Of a DNA stretch of 64,000 nt, positions 13,801-25,800 are shown piece after piece. Position numbers and translations under genes: made by a program. The DNA comes from Tubiluchus corallicola. Taxonomy: Eukaryota > Animalia > Priapulida. Below the pieces are notes generated by a model. The model searched no databases. It saw only the letters and a program-made list of their open reading frames with translations, and had not been told where the DNA came from. The stretch lies in NCBI GenBank assembly GCA_030141605.1, contig JAQGDQ010000162.1:186001-250000 (forward strand), given 5' to 3'. Each line of letters begins with the position of its first letter. Within the stretch, counting starts at the first letter, position 1.

Positions 13801-16800
13801 TTAAACGTGTGCACTACGTTACAAGTGCACCGAGGGGTACAGTGCCTGTTTTTTGTGCAATGCGCAACTATTTAGTGAATGCATGTAACAGCAAAGAATT
13901 AAATATGTGGATACAAAATCAGATATCTGTTTTAATATTTCTTTCACGTGTATATGAATCATTCTTAAAAAACAATATTCCCTTTCAATATTTATAGGCT
14001 AGACTTTTTTGAGTCATGGTTTAAGGCTGGGTCCTGTTCTCCCTTGTAGTTTGTTGAGATTTTGTGCATGTAAAATCTTTAATCTTTATTCCAAGGAAAT
14101 TTGTTGTTAACTTAAAATAATTTATTTGTTTTACAGTGTATTAATTCAGGGGAAATTTTGCAAACAGATTTGTTGGATAGATAATTATAGTATTTTAACT
14201 GGGAAAATCAGAGTGAGCAGTTATTTAAGACCACTATTTGTACTTATCTATTAGTCAAGAAGAATTTTCAATATTTTTGCTTCACTGTGCACTCTGTGAT
14301 GTAAAGAAAACACAATCATGTGAGAAACGCTTGTTTTTACGTGATTTTTGTTGTTTAAGGTTATCACGAAGTTGTGATACTGGTCGGTGGTGAAGATGAC
14401 AAGGTAGTTCTTCGAAGCGTGGAAAGCTTTGATCCGGTGTCTCATCAGTGGAAGACTCTCACTTGCCTGCCATTTGCAGTTAGCAAGCACGGACTTGTTG
14501 TCACAGGTAGGGAAGCCCAGAATTGTCCAAAACCAGTTGACTTTTATTTTGGGGTATGCTAGTTTTATATCAAATGGGAACAAATTTTATTGCTTGAAGT
14601 AAGTAAGTAAGTTTATTAGTTTATCACCATTTTTAGCATAGCAAAATACATAACTAAGAGATTTATAAATCTATACAACATACAATATTATTACAAAGTG
14701 CAAAAGTAATTATTGATTAGTGTTGAAAGGGTGGCGAAAGAACTATAAGTTATCGAGGTCAGCCACCCTCTCAGAATTGTTACTAATATAATTAATTAGT
14801 TAATGCACATGTACAGGGTAATTAAAAATTATCAGATTTTGCATTTTACATCAGAAAATTGAACGTTATACGAATGTGTTAGTTTATAATAAAATAATGT
14901 TCAATAATGGGAAAGAAGAGACACACGTGACTATCTTTAAATAATAATTTAACCATTACGTATTTAAAATTAATGTTATGAGGACCTAGAGCCAAAGGAA
15001 GAAAAAAATTAATTTTCCAGAAAAAAATTTATTTTCCAATGAGAACGTTCGTGTGACTTGATGCACTAACATCAAAAATAACAATCCTCTCGGTCATCTA
15101 GATCAAGCAGCACTTTTACTTGTTTGAAATTATATTATAGGTGGTAATTACATATACCTGGCTGGTGGAGAGTTTCCGGACGGTTCTGCCAGCAAGAGTG
15201 TTTGGCGGTACGATCCTTGCTTGGATATTTGGCAAGAAATGTGTGAAATGAATGTACCTCGTTCAGAGCTGGGTATGTTAGTCTAGTTTGCAAGTCTTTT
15301 TTCATCATGTGATCATTAGGTAGTGATGTAGTTGCAAAGTCGTAATGATTTTTGGCGCTGGATATCAGCGCTTAAGATAACATGCAATGCGCAGATGTGA
15401 TTATCACACATCAGCTGTATAAGTTGTGGCAACTGAGCCTATTTTTTGCCGAGTCAAAATTATAGCTGATGTGACTGACGAGAAAACCCCATTTTTCTTT
15501 TTCCTATGTGTTTCTACATGTGTGTATGTGTGTGCGTGTGCGCATGCGTGCGTGTGCTTCATGCACAAGATGAGCAAAAACTTGATACCTACCTTGAGAG
15601 TCATGTTTCGTCAATCAGTCTAAATTGATATAGTGAATAATGCTTGTTTTTATTTCTCTTTTCGATCATTGCTGGCATTTATTGAGTTTTGACTTCGTAA
15701 ATATTGAACGTACAATGTCAGATACCAGGCAGCTACATCATAATTAGCAGCCTGTTATCTGGTGCATGTCAAACTGTTACAAAGCATTTTGGATTATTCA
15801 AACGGGGGATAGTTCAAACAGATAAGTGTGCCTGAAGAAATTCAAGTTCTGGCATGTTTGTCTGTACTTTTCATTTGAATTTTTGCAGGACTGGCTGTTC
15901 TGGACGGATACATCTATGCAGTGGGTGGATGGGAAGGGTCTCGGCGACTTGGTAGTGTGGAATGTTATGATGTTCGTGCAAACAAGTGGCATTTTATTTC
16001 ACCAATGAAAATGGCCGTTACAAGTCCTGCAGTCGTTACCCACAATTCCATTCTTTACGTGACAGGTACAGTATTTTATCTATTTTTAAAGGTCTTCCAG
16101 CTTCTGTTAGTTCAATATTATTTCTAGCAGATGGCGATATTAACAAGTGAATGCTGTAGCCAATTATGTGTAACGCGGTGACACCAACTGGCAAAAAAAT
16201 TTGAAACAATATGAATTTTTTTAATTTTGAATGCAAGTTTATACTTTCTATTATATTTTTGCACGTAGGTGGCGCTGTTTTGGAGGATGGCGATGGGATC
16301 GAACTAGTGCAGTCGTACAATCCCAGGACAGACACATGGACGGAGCTGCCACCTATGTTGATTGCACGCTCTGGCTCGGCTGCTTGCATCCTCGATAATC
16401 TAATCTATATTATTGGTAATGTGTTTTAGAAATTAAATTATGTACGTTTTTTACTAATATTCATATACATAATCATGACATTCAGTATAGCGTACAAAAA
16501 AATTATGTAAGCTGGTATATGCTGGGCAGTGTGAATGCCGTGAAGGCAAGGTCTGTGAAAGTACGCGTTGCGAAATTTGTACAGTTTGCATAGAAGTTCC
16601 GTTATTCTAATGTGTATAACTATGTTTATCTAGAAGTTAGTCATTCGATGAATTGTGATCATATTTAAAGTGCTTACATTGCCTTAAGCTATATGATTAC
16701 ACCTTAAAATGTAGATATGCATGTAAACCTGACAGCGTGTAGTAGGCTTATAAGTTAAAAAAGATTCTGAAGCACCTGGCAGGATAAATGTTAATATTGC

Positions 16801-18318
16801 ACGGAAACCGGATGATGCCATTGTTCATCTAAAATAAGCGCGCCCAAGCGTAATGTAATCACGACTTTAATTTCATTTTACTAATTACGCTAGATGCTTA
16901 TCACAATTTTGTTGCTGAAACTTTCTAATATAATTCCCAAATATTAAAATAAGGTCAGCTTCCTGAGAGACTAGCTTTTGCTTTAATAGGAGCATTTTAT
17001 TTATAACCTTGGTAAGAATATATTATTTGAATAACATGTTTTGTGGGAAAATATTTGACTGTTGAGCCTAGAAGACATAGAAGAGTTCCATGGCTAATTT
17101 AGATAGATGGTTACTTTATTTATATGACTGGAAAAATCCCAGCATAAATGGGTTTGAACCTAAAACCTCTGGATCGGCACCTTCTAGACATTGAGACAAA
17201 TTGCTGTTTGTTAAGTTAGCTTTAATGCCATTGTTTTTTTTTTGGTTTGCTCAGTGTCAAGAATAAAATTTCATAAACTGAATCTGGAACCCTATTCTGG
17301 TGTACGGAGCAACTAAACACTAATTTGGTTAAGGTGTAATGTTTGTGTAACATTTGATTTAATTTACAGGTGGCTGGCATGCTTCCACTGAAAATACCAG
17401 CAAAGTGGAGTGCTTTAATCCAGTTACTAAAGAGTGGAGTCCCCGGGCATCCATGAACGAGAAACGATATCGACCAGGAGGCGCTGTAGTAGACGGAAAG
17501 ATCTATGTATGCGGGGGTGAGGAAGGCTGGGACAAGTGAGTAGTTATAATTGTGGTTGTGTAATTGCTTATATTGGTCAGGATATCTAAGAGCAAAGTTG
17601 TGTACAGTCAAACTTTGTTATAATGTCCCCCTTTATAATACTAACTTCTCTTAGTGCCAACTTTTTGGCAAGACAAAATGCCTATATTTGCATAGACATG
17701 TAAGTATTAATGTCACCTCACAATAATATATCTCATTATAATGTCAAAGTCGCTTACCACCATCTTTTTCTACAGTCCCAAAGTGGCAGTATAAAGAGGT
17801 TCAACTGTATTTCTAAAAAATGATTCATCCTGAACTGATACAAATGTTGTAGAAATGTGATCGTCTGTTTTGTCATTAACTGGAAATTTGAAGATGCTTG
17901 ATAATGAAGAACCAGCAACATTGATAATTATTATTGTACAACATTGTAATAATAAACTAAAGGCATCATCATTGTCATTGTCATCATCATCATATCTGAC
18001 ACCTCCAAAAGGACCAATTCGTTGGTATTTGCAGACATTTTTATTCGATGGAAAATCAGGTGTTTCTTTTAATTTTTTTGTAGCATCAGCCATGTTAATT
18101 AGAGGGTTAAATAATACTTCGTTAAAAGTTTATTCATGTGCCATCGTTTAGTGTATGTTTTTGTTCATAGGTACCACGACACCATAGAACAGTACGATCC
18201 AGCAACAGATAGGTGGATCGTTATCGGTGAAATGCCGACAAGTCGGAGTTGGCTGAGTTGTGTTCCACTGATGATGTTCAAAGATGAGCCGGCAAGTCAC
18301 AAGTCTCATCGTGAGTAA
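10861..18318 (+). CDS. Kelch-like protein (BTB-BACK-six Kelch repeats; probable CUL3 substrate adaptor)
   Basis: Exons 10861-11001, 11862-11950, 12732-13426, 14360-14506, 15141-15272, 15889-16065, 16269-16415, 17370-17535, 18171-18318 join in frame. BTB (LNTLRRSGAFCDVTL..FPCHRIVLASFSPYFHAMFSG), BACK (NCIGIHCFAE..VRLPL) and GG-containing Kelch repeats are present. AATAAA near 19161. Exact KLHL orthologue not assignable by eye. Confidence 0.92.
13460..14045. mobile_element. Copy of the non-autonomous DNA element family also at 51655, 53582 and 59931 (Kolobok-like)
   Basis: Shares blocks such as aaaattgaaatgcagtgctactgta..atattcagtgtg and aaatgcatgtaacagc with the other copies. Ends approximate. 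Confidence 0.55.
17605..17807. mobile_element. Tc1/mariner-pogo (Tigger-like) MITE
   Basis: TA|cagtcaaactttgttata ... tataaagaggttcaactg|TA imperfect TIRs with TA flanks. Confidence 0.6.
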
Positions 18319-18900
18319 TTATGGCTCTTTCCCACGAGTGCTTGTGCCATTTAGCAAGTCCTAATGAGTTTCCGGTGAAAAAATGGAAAATCCACAATCC
18401 ACATGCTTTTCAGGATGTACAGTCAAACCTGTTTATACTGCTTACCTTGGGACTGCAAAACAGTAGGGGTTATAGTGAATTTGGCATTATAACAACATAT
18501 GTCTAGGCAAATATAAATATTTTGTTTTACTAAAGATTTGGGAATTCAGCAAGGTTTGCACCACAAGGGGAGGGGGGTGGGGTGTTGTAACGATGTTTGA
18601 CTGTACTCCAAGCTTGCAACTTCAAGTTGTCACTGTTAATTGTTGTGCAATCCCATGACCCTACTGTCAACTGTTTCCCATTCTCTAAAGCAGTTATTGT
18701 ATCTGATAACAATTAGAAGCTGTTCCTTGAATTAGCATTAAACCATTTTAACTTTCACACCGACTGTTTCGCTCATAGACACTTGTCGATTACTTTAATG
18801 ATTGGTGACATTTTCACTGGCTCTTGATGCAAATCCTGGAAACCTATAATCGGAGGACCAAGCTCTTCACTGTTGCCAAAGAAAAAGTTCTTTCTTGTTT

Positions 18901-19062
18901 AAAGCACCAATGTGTTTGTTTTTTGTGTGTCGGTTGTAATGTTGTTTAATTGATAAAGCACCAATGTGTTTATTTTTTGTGTGTTGGTTGTAATGTTATT
19001 TAATTGATAAAGCACCAATGTGTTTATTTTTTGTGTGTTGGTTGTAATGTTATTTACTTGAT
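18901..19062 (+). repeat. 54-bp tandem repeat x3 in the presumptive Kelch 3' UTR
   Basis: aaagcaccaatgtgttt(g/a)ttttttgtgtgt(c/t)ggttgtaatgtt.. starts at 18901, 18955 and 19009. Confidence 0.9.
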
Positions 19063-19852
19063 AATCATTGTTTAAACATTAATTTGTAATGCACTTGTTA
19101 ATTTTAATATGGCATTACGTTCTTAAATGTGATCTCATTGTTTTGCTGTTGGTTTTGTATAATAAAGTATTTATGGTTGCATTTGCTGATACGTTGTGTA
19201 TATTTCTCTACTTTACCGTACCATTTTACAATAACGTTTATTTGATCTTGGACAAAGCACAGCATTGAAGTTAGCCTAGCCTATTCATAATTGGGATAAA
19301 ACAGTTGTCAAATTTTTGATAACCAAAACGCCGAAGTAGCATCACAAATTAATGGAGCAGCTCGGCCAGAACTGGTATTACAGTGAAAGAAGGTTTAGTG
19401 TTGCTTTATGTCAAACTGTCATTCCATAAGCATTATGTGACAGTATGCTCTACAAAAAACAAAGGCATTGATTTGAGTCATTTTCGTGTTTTTCCAACGA
19501 AAAATTACGCAACACTCGTGCTTTACCGTATGCAAACGCTGATTTGAATAGTTTTTGTGTTTTCGGTTTGTCTAGCACAAAATGAAACTATGTATTGATG
19601 TCATGTAATTTTTATGGTCAATAAGGATTCAAGGTCAATCAACGAATTTTTAAATTAATGATGCAAAATGATATTAAACTACAAAAATAAAAAAACACCA
19701 ATGTTGGGCAATGATCTTAATGCCACGTACAAATATCTAATAAACACTAACTACGTACTCAATTTAGAAAAATTAACGTATTAGTAATTATTAATTAGGA
19801 AAATTAAGTATAATGACTGAGTCAAAAAAATATTTTGAATTTTACAATGATA

Positions 19853-22800
19853 TCATAATTGGTCTGACGAGACGCTCTCAGTCTGCAGCAAAACGTATTG
19901 ACTGATAAACTCATCAACTAGATCAGATCGCAATTGTTTCTTCGCTCTCCAGTGCAACTTCCCGCATCCCAATGGATTCCCGTCTGGATGAGTCATCTCC
20001 ATCTTGATGTAGTCGATCCAAATATCTAAAAAAATTATGTGCACCACTTAGAACATGGTTAAAACATGGTAAGTTTAATAAATATAAATAATAATTTAAT
20101 AAAGCATTAAAAGAAATTATTCAGAATTTGTGATGTTTTAATATAAGCTGCATGAAAATGGCTGCTTGTGAGCATCCAGTGTAAGAATTGTTACGAATAT
20201 TTTGCTGATGAATCTGTCGGAAGAGGAGATGTCTGTTACGATTCTTTTTGAAGCAAATGAGTGTTTAACTAGTGAAGAAATAATTTCTCAGTATTAAAGA
20301 ATTTAATAGGTACAAATTGGGTTTATAATGGGTAGTTTCGGATCTAGGAATGTCCCAGGTAATATTTGTAGAAGCAGCAGCAAAAATCGAAACAGGTGCG
20401 TCAATCAAACCGTTACAGGAATCACTAATGAGAGGTGAGCATCGTAAAAAAGTAGTGATCAAAAAAACTTAATGTGGTGCAGGCCTTTAATGAGCAACGG
20501 ATTTATCATCATAATCATAACATAACAGCAGTTTTGTGATTACTGTAGAGCAGGGGTGTCCAACCTTTTTGAACTGAGGGCCAAGTGTACAACCTTCAAA
20601 GTAGTCGCGGGCCGGATTAGCAATTTCACAACCACAAAAAGACAATGAAGCACAAAATACATTTTATGTTACATTTAAGCTAGAAGAGACAGTCTTGTAA
20701 GTTTATGCTTTTGAACAGTTTAATGTGAAATCTGGCACTGCTTTTGTTTGTTAATGACTGTGACCTTCATGGATTGTTGACGACCGGCAAATCTGATAGT
20801 TGAGTTACAAGTGCAGCTGTCTATTAAATTTTGACAAAATAAGAGAAACTTCGCGGGCCGGATAGAAACGCATGGCGGGCCGGATTCTGGCCCGCGGGCC
20901 GTATGTTGGACACTCCTGCTGTAGAGTATTGTACAATGGTTAAAACTTTTTCACATCTTTGGTTACAGCAGTGTATTTATTTATCATTCTTTATTTTAAT
21001 AAACAGCATTCTGGGATTACCACTAAAACATCTGCTCCCTTTTTAAATTATGATCTGGCAGAAAAACACGACAATTACCATCATCATCGTCACACTGTTG
21101 TAGTTGTTTTTGTCGTCATTATCATCACCATTATCAATATTACTGTCAGATACAGAAAAAAGTTTTTACGACCATCTTCATTTGTAAAGATGGTAATGAA
21201 TGGCCATCTTCATTTGCAAAGATGGTAATGCACGAGCATTTTCATTTGCAAACACACCGCCCTATAAACGAAGTTCCAGCACTATCTACTCACCTGTATT
21301 CGTCTCTCCAAATTCTGCCACTGCTGCTTCGTATACCTTGCGGAGTCGCTTGATGGATGGTTTAGGTAACGAGTTTTCGATGAAGATGTACTTTTGAAAG
21401 AAGCCACATGAAAGGGGACGCTGATTACATAACCTATAACAAAGTTATACAAAAACCAAATCTAAAAACTATTTATTTATTTAACAAGTTCTACACAAAC
21501 ACTATAATTAATCCATTATTACTCTGTTCTGAAGACTGATAGTGTTTAGCTAAGAAACCAAGAAATCCAAGCATTTATTCAAATAACAACGTAATACGGG
21601 TGCACACCTTTTGTATACACTTCTGACTTTTTGAATGTTGTTTTCAAATTGCTGAGCTGCCCACTGCAGATAGGATTCTTTCATTGGTACGGCAACTTCA
21701 GGGGCACCTACATTGCAGCCAGAGGTGAACAAGTTCTCGATAGCAAACTGCAAGTCATCTGTTGAGCCACATCCGCCGCCAGCGCACAAAGTCCATTCCA
21801 TTTGCAGCCACCAGAGAGGCAAAGAATTCTTAAAAGACATTTTAGTGTGTTACAAGCCAGACAAATAAAAAGCTGGACAATACCACCAGTTAATTCTGTT
21901 TCTCCCATGCTGGATTCAGATCTCAAGAGGTCGTAAGCACTGTAAAGGTTATGGTATCCCGTATATGTGTAATTCAGTTTAAAAACAATACTAAACTGTA
22001 AAATGAACTTTTATCTTTCTAAATGAACCAAAAAACTTGCAGTAACATTTATTTACAGTAAGTGCTAGCTCATCAGCTTTATACTGCAAAAAAAGTGAAA
22101 TTAGACTAAAAATACAGAGACCACTGTAAATCTTATAAAGGGACAGCTATTCAGCATATCTATATGCAAACTGAACACCAATAAACATAGAGCAGCTTGT
22201 TATAAAAAATCAGCATTGTATATACAGTCAACCTCGGATATAAGGAACACCTTGGGACCAGAAAAAACCATCCCTTATATCCGATGTCCCTTATAGCCGA
22301 AGTTGAGTCAGACCTGTATTTTTCTGTACTTTTACCCATATATTTATGGATTATTGCTACACATTCAGTGCAAACGGTTAGTAGGAAGCTCCTTCAGTGA
22401 TGTATGTGACCCTGGAAATCGAGCTGTTCGAAGGCCGAGTTTGCGAAAGATTGAAGTTGAAAATCAAGCAATTTCACAAACCAAGATGACAGGGTCCCTT
22501 ATATGCGAGGTAATTTACTTGAGTTTCTATTACCCGGGTTGTCCCTTATAACCGAAAGTCCCTTATATACGAAGATTTTTACATAGGAAAAACGTTACGA
22601 AAAATCGGGACCGGTGTTGGTTGTCCCTTATAAGTGAGTGTCCCTTTGAAGTGATTACCGAGGTTGACTGTAGTGAACAGACCTGATCCTAGCAAACAGG
22701 CTGCTCAGTAGCCAGAAGGCCGTCATATTGTAAACAAACAAAGAAACTGCCACACACATTCCTGGTATATTTGACTATGTGGAGTCCCTTTTCGCTCGAG

Positions 22801-25800
22801 GCCACAAGCTTAATCCTTAATCCAGGCTGGCTTCACCCATAGTAGCAAAGAGCAAACAAATTAGTGTAGAATTAAAACATGACAATTTGCGTTGAATCAT
22901 GAATATGCTCCCAAGTACCTGCCTTTATAACATTTCTGTCATTTTTACCCTGGACAGTCTTTATGCAACAGGATTGCTTATAAGCCCAGTTTTTTCCCTC
23001 GGACATCTTATCTGTGGAATTCTTTATCAAAAAACCTCTTTCCCTACTCTTTTCAACTGCCTGCTTTTAAGAAGAACATGAATAGACTCTTCCTACACTA
23101 GGAACTTAGATACAAGAAATTTATATTTTCTCTTCATAACTTCATCTCCTAGCTCACATAACCATCCGGTACAGTCTGGCAACTTTAGTGAGCAGTCAAT
23201 GTTAAAAAAATGCACAGAATGAAACTTTCAAATCTGATATGATTTAACAGATTTTGGAGATTCGCATTAAGCAGCGATTACTATCAACAACAGTGTTTGG
23301 AACATCCACTTTTCCCCTCATCTTCTTTTAATCTACATCTACTTTTGCATCATCTACACATAGGTATCATCTACTTTCTTCAGCTTCTACATGTATCTAC
23401 ATCTACTTTTATCTACCTAAATAAATAAAAACAACAGAGATTAAGCTATTATTAAACTCTGTCAGCTCCTTCATTTTACAACGTAAAACATTTGGTAAAT
23501 ATTGCAGATGATTATGTCACCGCATATGCAAAGAGATCTATGACTATCTGGCTGCATATGTGTGCAGAATGTGGGGCCACATTTCCCATACGATTAGATA
23601 AAATCATGGCGTTTTTCAGTTGGTAAGGTAGATACGAAAATATTATTATTACAAGCTATTTAATAAACTATTATAAGTTTTTGTCACTGCTGGTTTTCAT
23701 GTATTGCCATTACTTTTCCAAATTTTTGTTCATTCGTTTGTTTGTATTATAAAAAATGTCTAAGATTTCACTCATTCTGTTTGGGTACTGAATAGCAGTC
23801 ATTTTTGTATTTCGTTTGTGTATTGTGTATCGTGTACCATACACTGATTTTAAAGTTACTACCCAGGTATTTCTACACTCTACCTTTTCCGGAACTTTCC
23901 GGTGTGCTTCTTGGAAAAGTTTGCATATTTGCGTGGCTTCATCATTGCTGTGTATGTGAAACAATAACCGTTCTTTCCACAAATCAGCCGACTGCGGAAA
24001 TTTGTCAGAGCCCACCCGGGTGACGGTGTCCAGTTTTTCTACAAGTCCACACTTTTGTAGCAACTCCACCTGAAAAATAACACATATACTTACACATGTA
24101 GTATAATTAATTGCTGTTTATTGGCTAAATTGATAAAACACTCGTACAGTATGCATCGTTATTGACTGATAGAGTTCAATGAATCTAAATGAACTTGACA
24201 AAATTCAGATTAACTTTAAACACACAAGTTTACATACAATTTCTCAAATCAAATTGTTGATCGATGTGCAAAGATTATAGTAATTAAGAGAATTAATAGA
24301 TTTAATATAATTCTACCAAATAATAGTAAAGTCTACTTAACACTGATCACTGAGGCAGGAATGGGACCTAGCTAATTTCGAAGATATAATCCTTTTGATT
24401 CTCTATTTTTACATGAAAAAGTGTATAAGAATGTGGAAAAAACAGATATTGATTAAGTACGACTTGTAACTCTTTAATGTCAATGTCACTGGAACTTTTA
24501 CTAATAATATATCACTCTAATGAAACTTGAAAGTTTGAAGGAAAAGTCAAATTTTCTGGGAAGTCATACTTATTTTCATATGTGTGAAAAACGTTAGGAT
24601 TTAGCTATAATAGCATGATAAGTGCTACGTGTAATTGGCAAAATCACTAAACGTGGCGAACATTTCCATTTTTAACATTCATTCTTCTGCGAATGACGTC
24701 GTTTATCAATTGAAGAAAAGCGGCACACCTTCAAATTCTGTCAAAAGTAGAGAGAGAGATTAGAAAAAGAGGTGGCTAACTTTGTGATATTTTTGCATGA
24801 ATGTTAGGCAAGCTGCATGTACATTAGATAAGGTATGAGTTAGTTTAAGCATGGTGCGCTTACGGAAAGCCATGATGAGCCAAGAAAAGTCTCGAAGTTC
24901 ACTAATTACATCATAATTTTCAAGCGAATGGTGGCTACCATCACGTCTGAAAATTTTTATACAGTGACAGAGTATGAATTAACTTTATGCTTTATTAGAC
25001 AATCTTTTGCAAATTAGTGTGTTATATTTTTCTAAGTATAAGTGTTAAACAAAATGAACCCAACATGTTAAGTGATTGTCCGTTCGTTTATCTCAACATG
25101 TTAAGTGACTGTCCATTCCTTTATCACAACATGTTAAGTGATTGTCCGTTCCTTTATCTCAACATGTTAAGTGACTGTCCATTCCTTTATCACAACATGT
25201 TAAGTGATTGTCCGTTCCTTTATCTCAACATGTTAAGTGACTGTCCATTCCTTTATCGCAACATGTTAAGTGATTGTCCGTTCCTTTATCCCAACATGTT
25301 AAGTGATTGTCCGTTCGTTTATCTCAACATGTTAAGTGATTGTCCGTTCCTTTATCCCAACATGTTAAGTGATTGTCCGTTCGTTTATCTCAACATGTTA
25401 AGTGATTGTCCGTTCCTTTATCCCAACATGTTAAGTGATTGTCCGTTCGTTTATCTCAACATGTTAAGTGACTGTCCGTTCCTTTATCCCAACATGTTAA
25501 GTGATTGTCCGTTCGTTTATCTCAACATGTTAAGTGACTGTCCATTCCTTTATCCCAACATGTTAAGTGATTGTCCGTTCCTTTATCTCAACATGTTAAG
25601 TGACTGTCCATTCCTTTATCGCAACATGTTAAGTGATTGTCCGTTCCTTTATCTCAACATGTTAAGTGACTGTCCATTCCTTTATCGCAACATGTTAAGT
25701 GATTGTCCGTTCCTTTATCCCAACATGTTACGTGATTGTCCGTTCGTTTATCTCAACATGTTAAGTGATTGTCCGTTCCTTTATCCCAACATGTTAAGTG

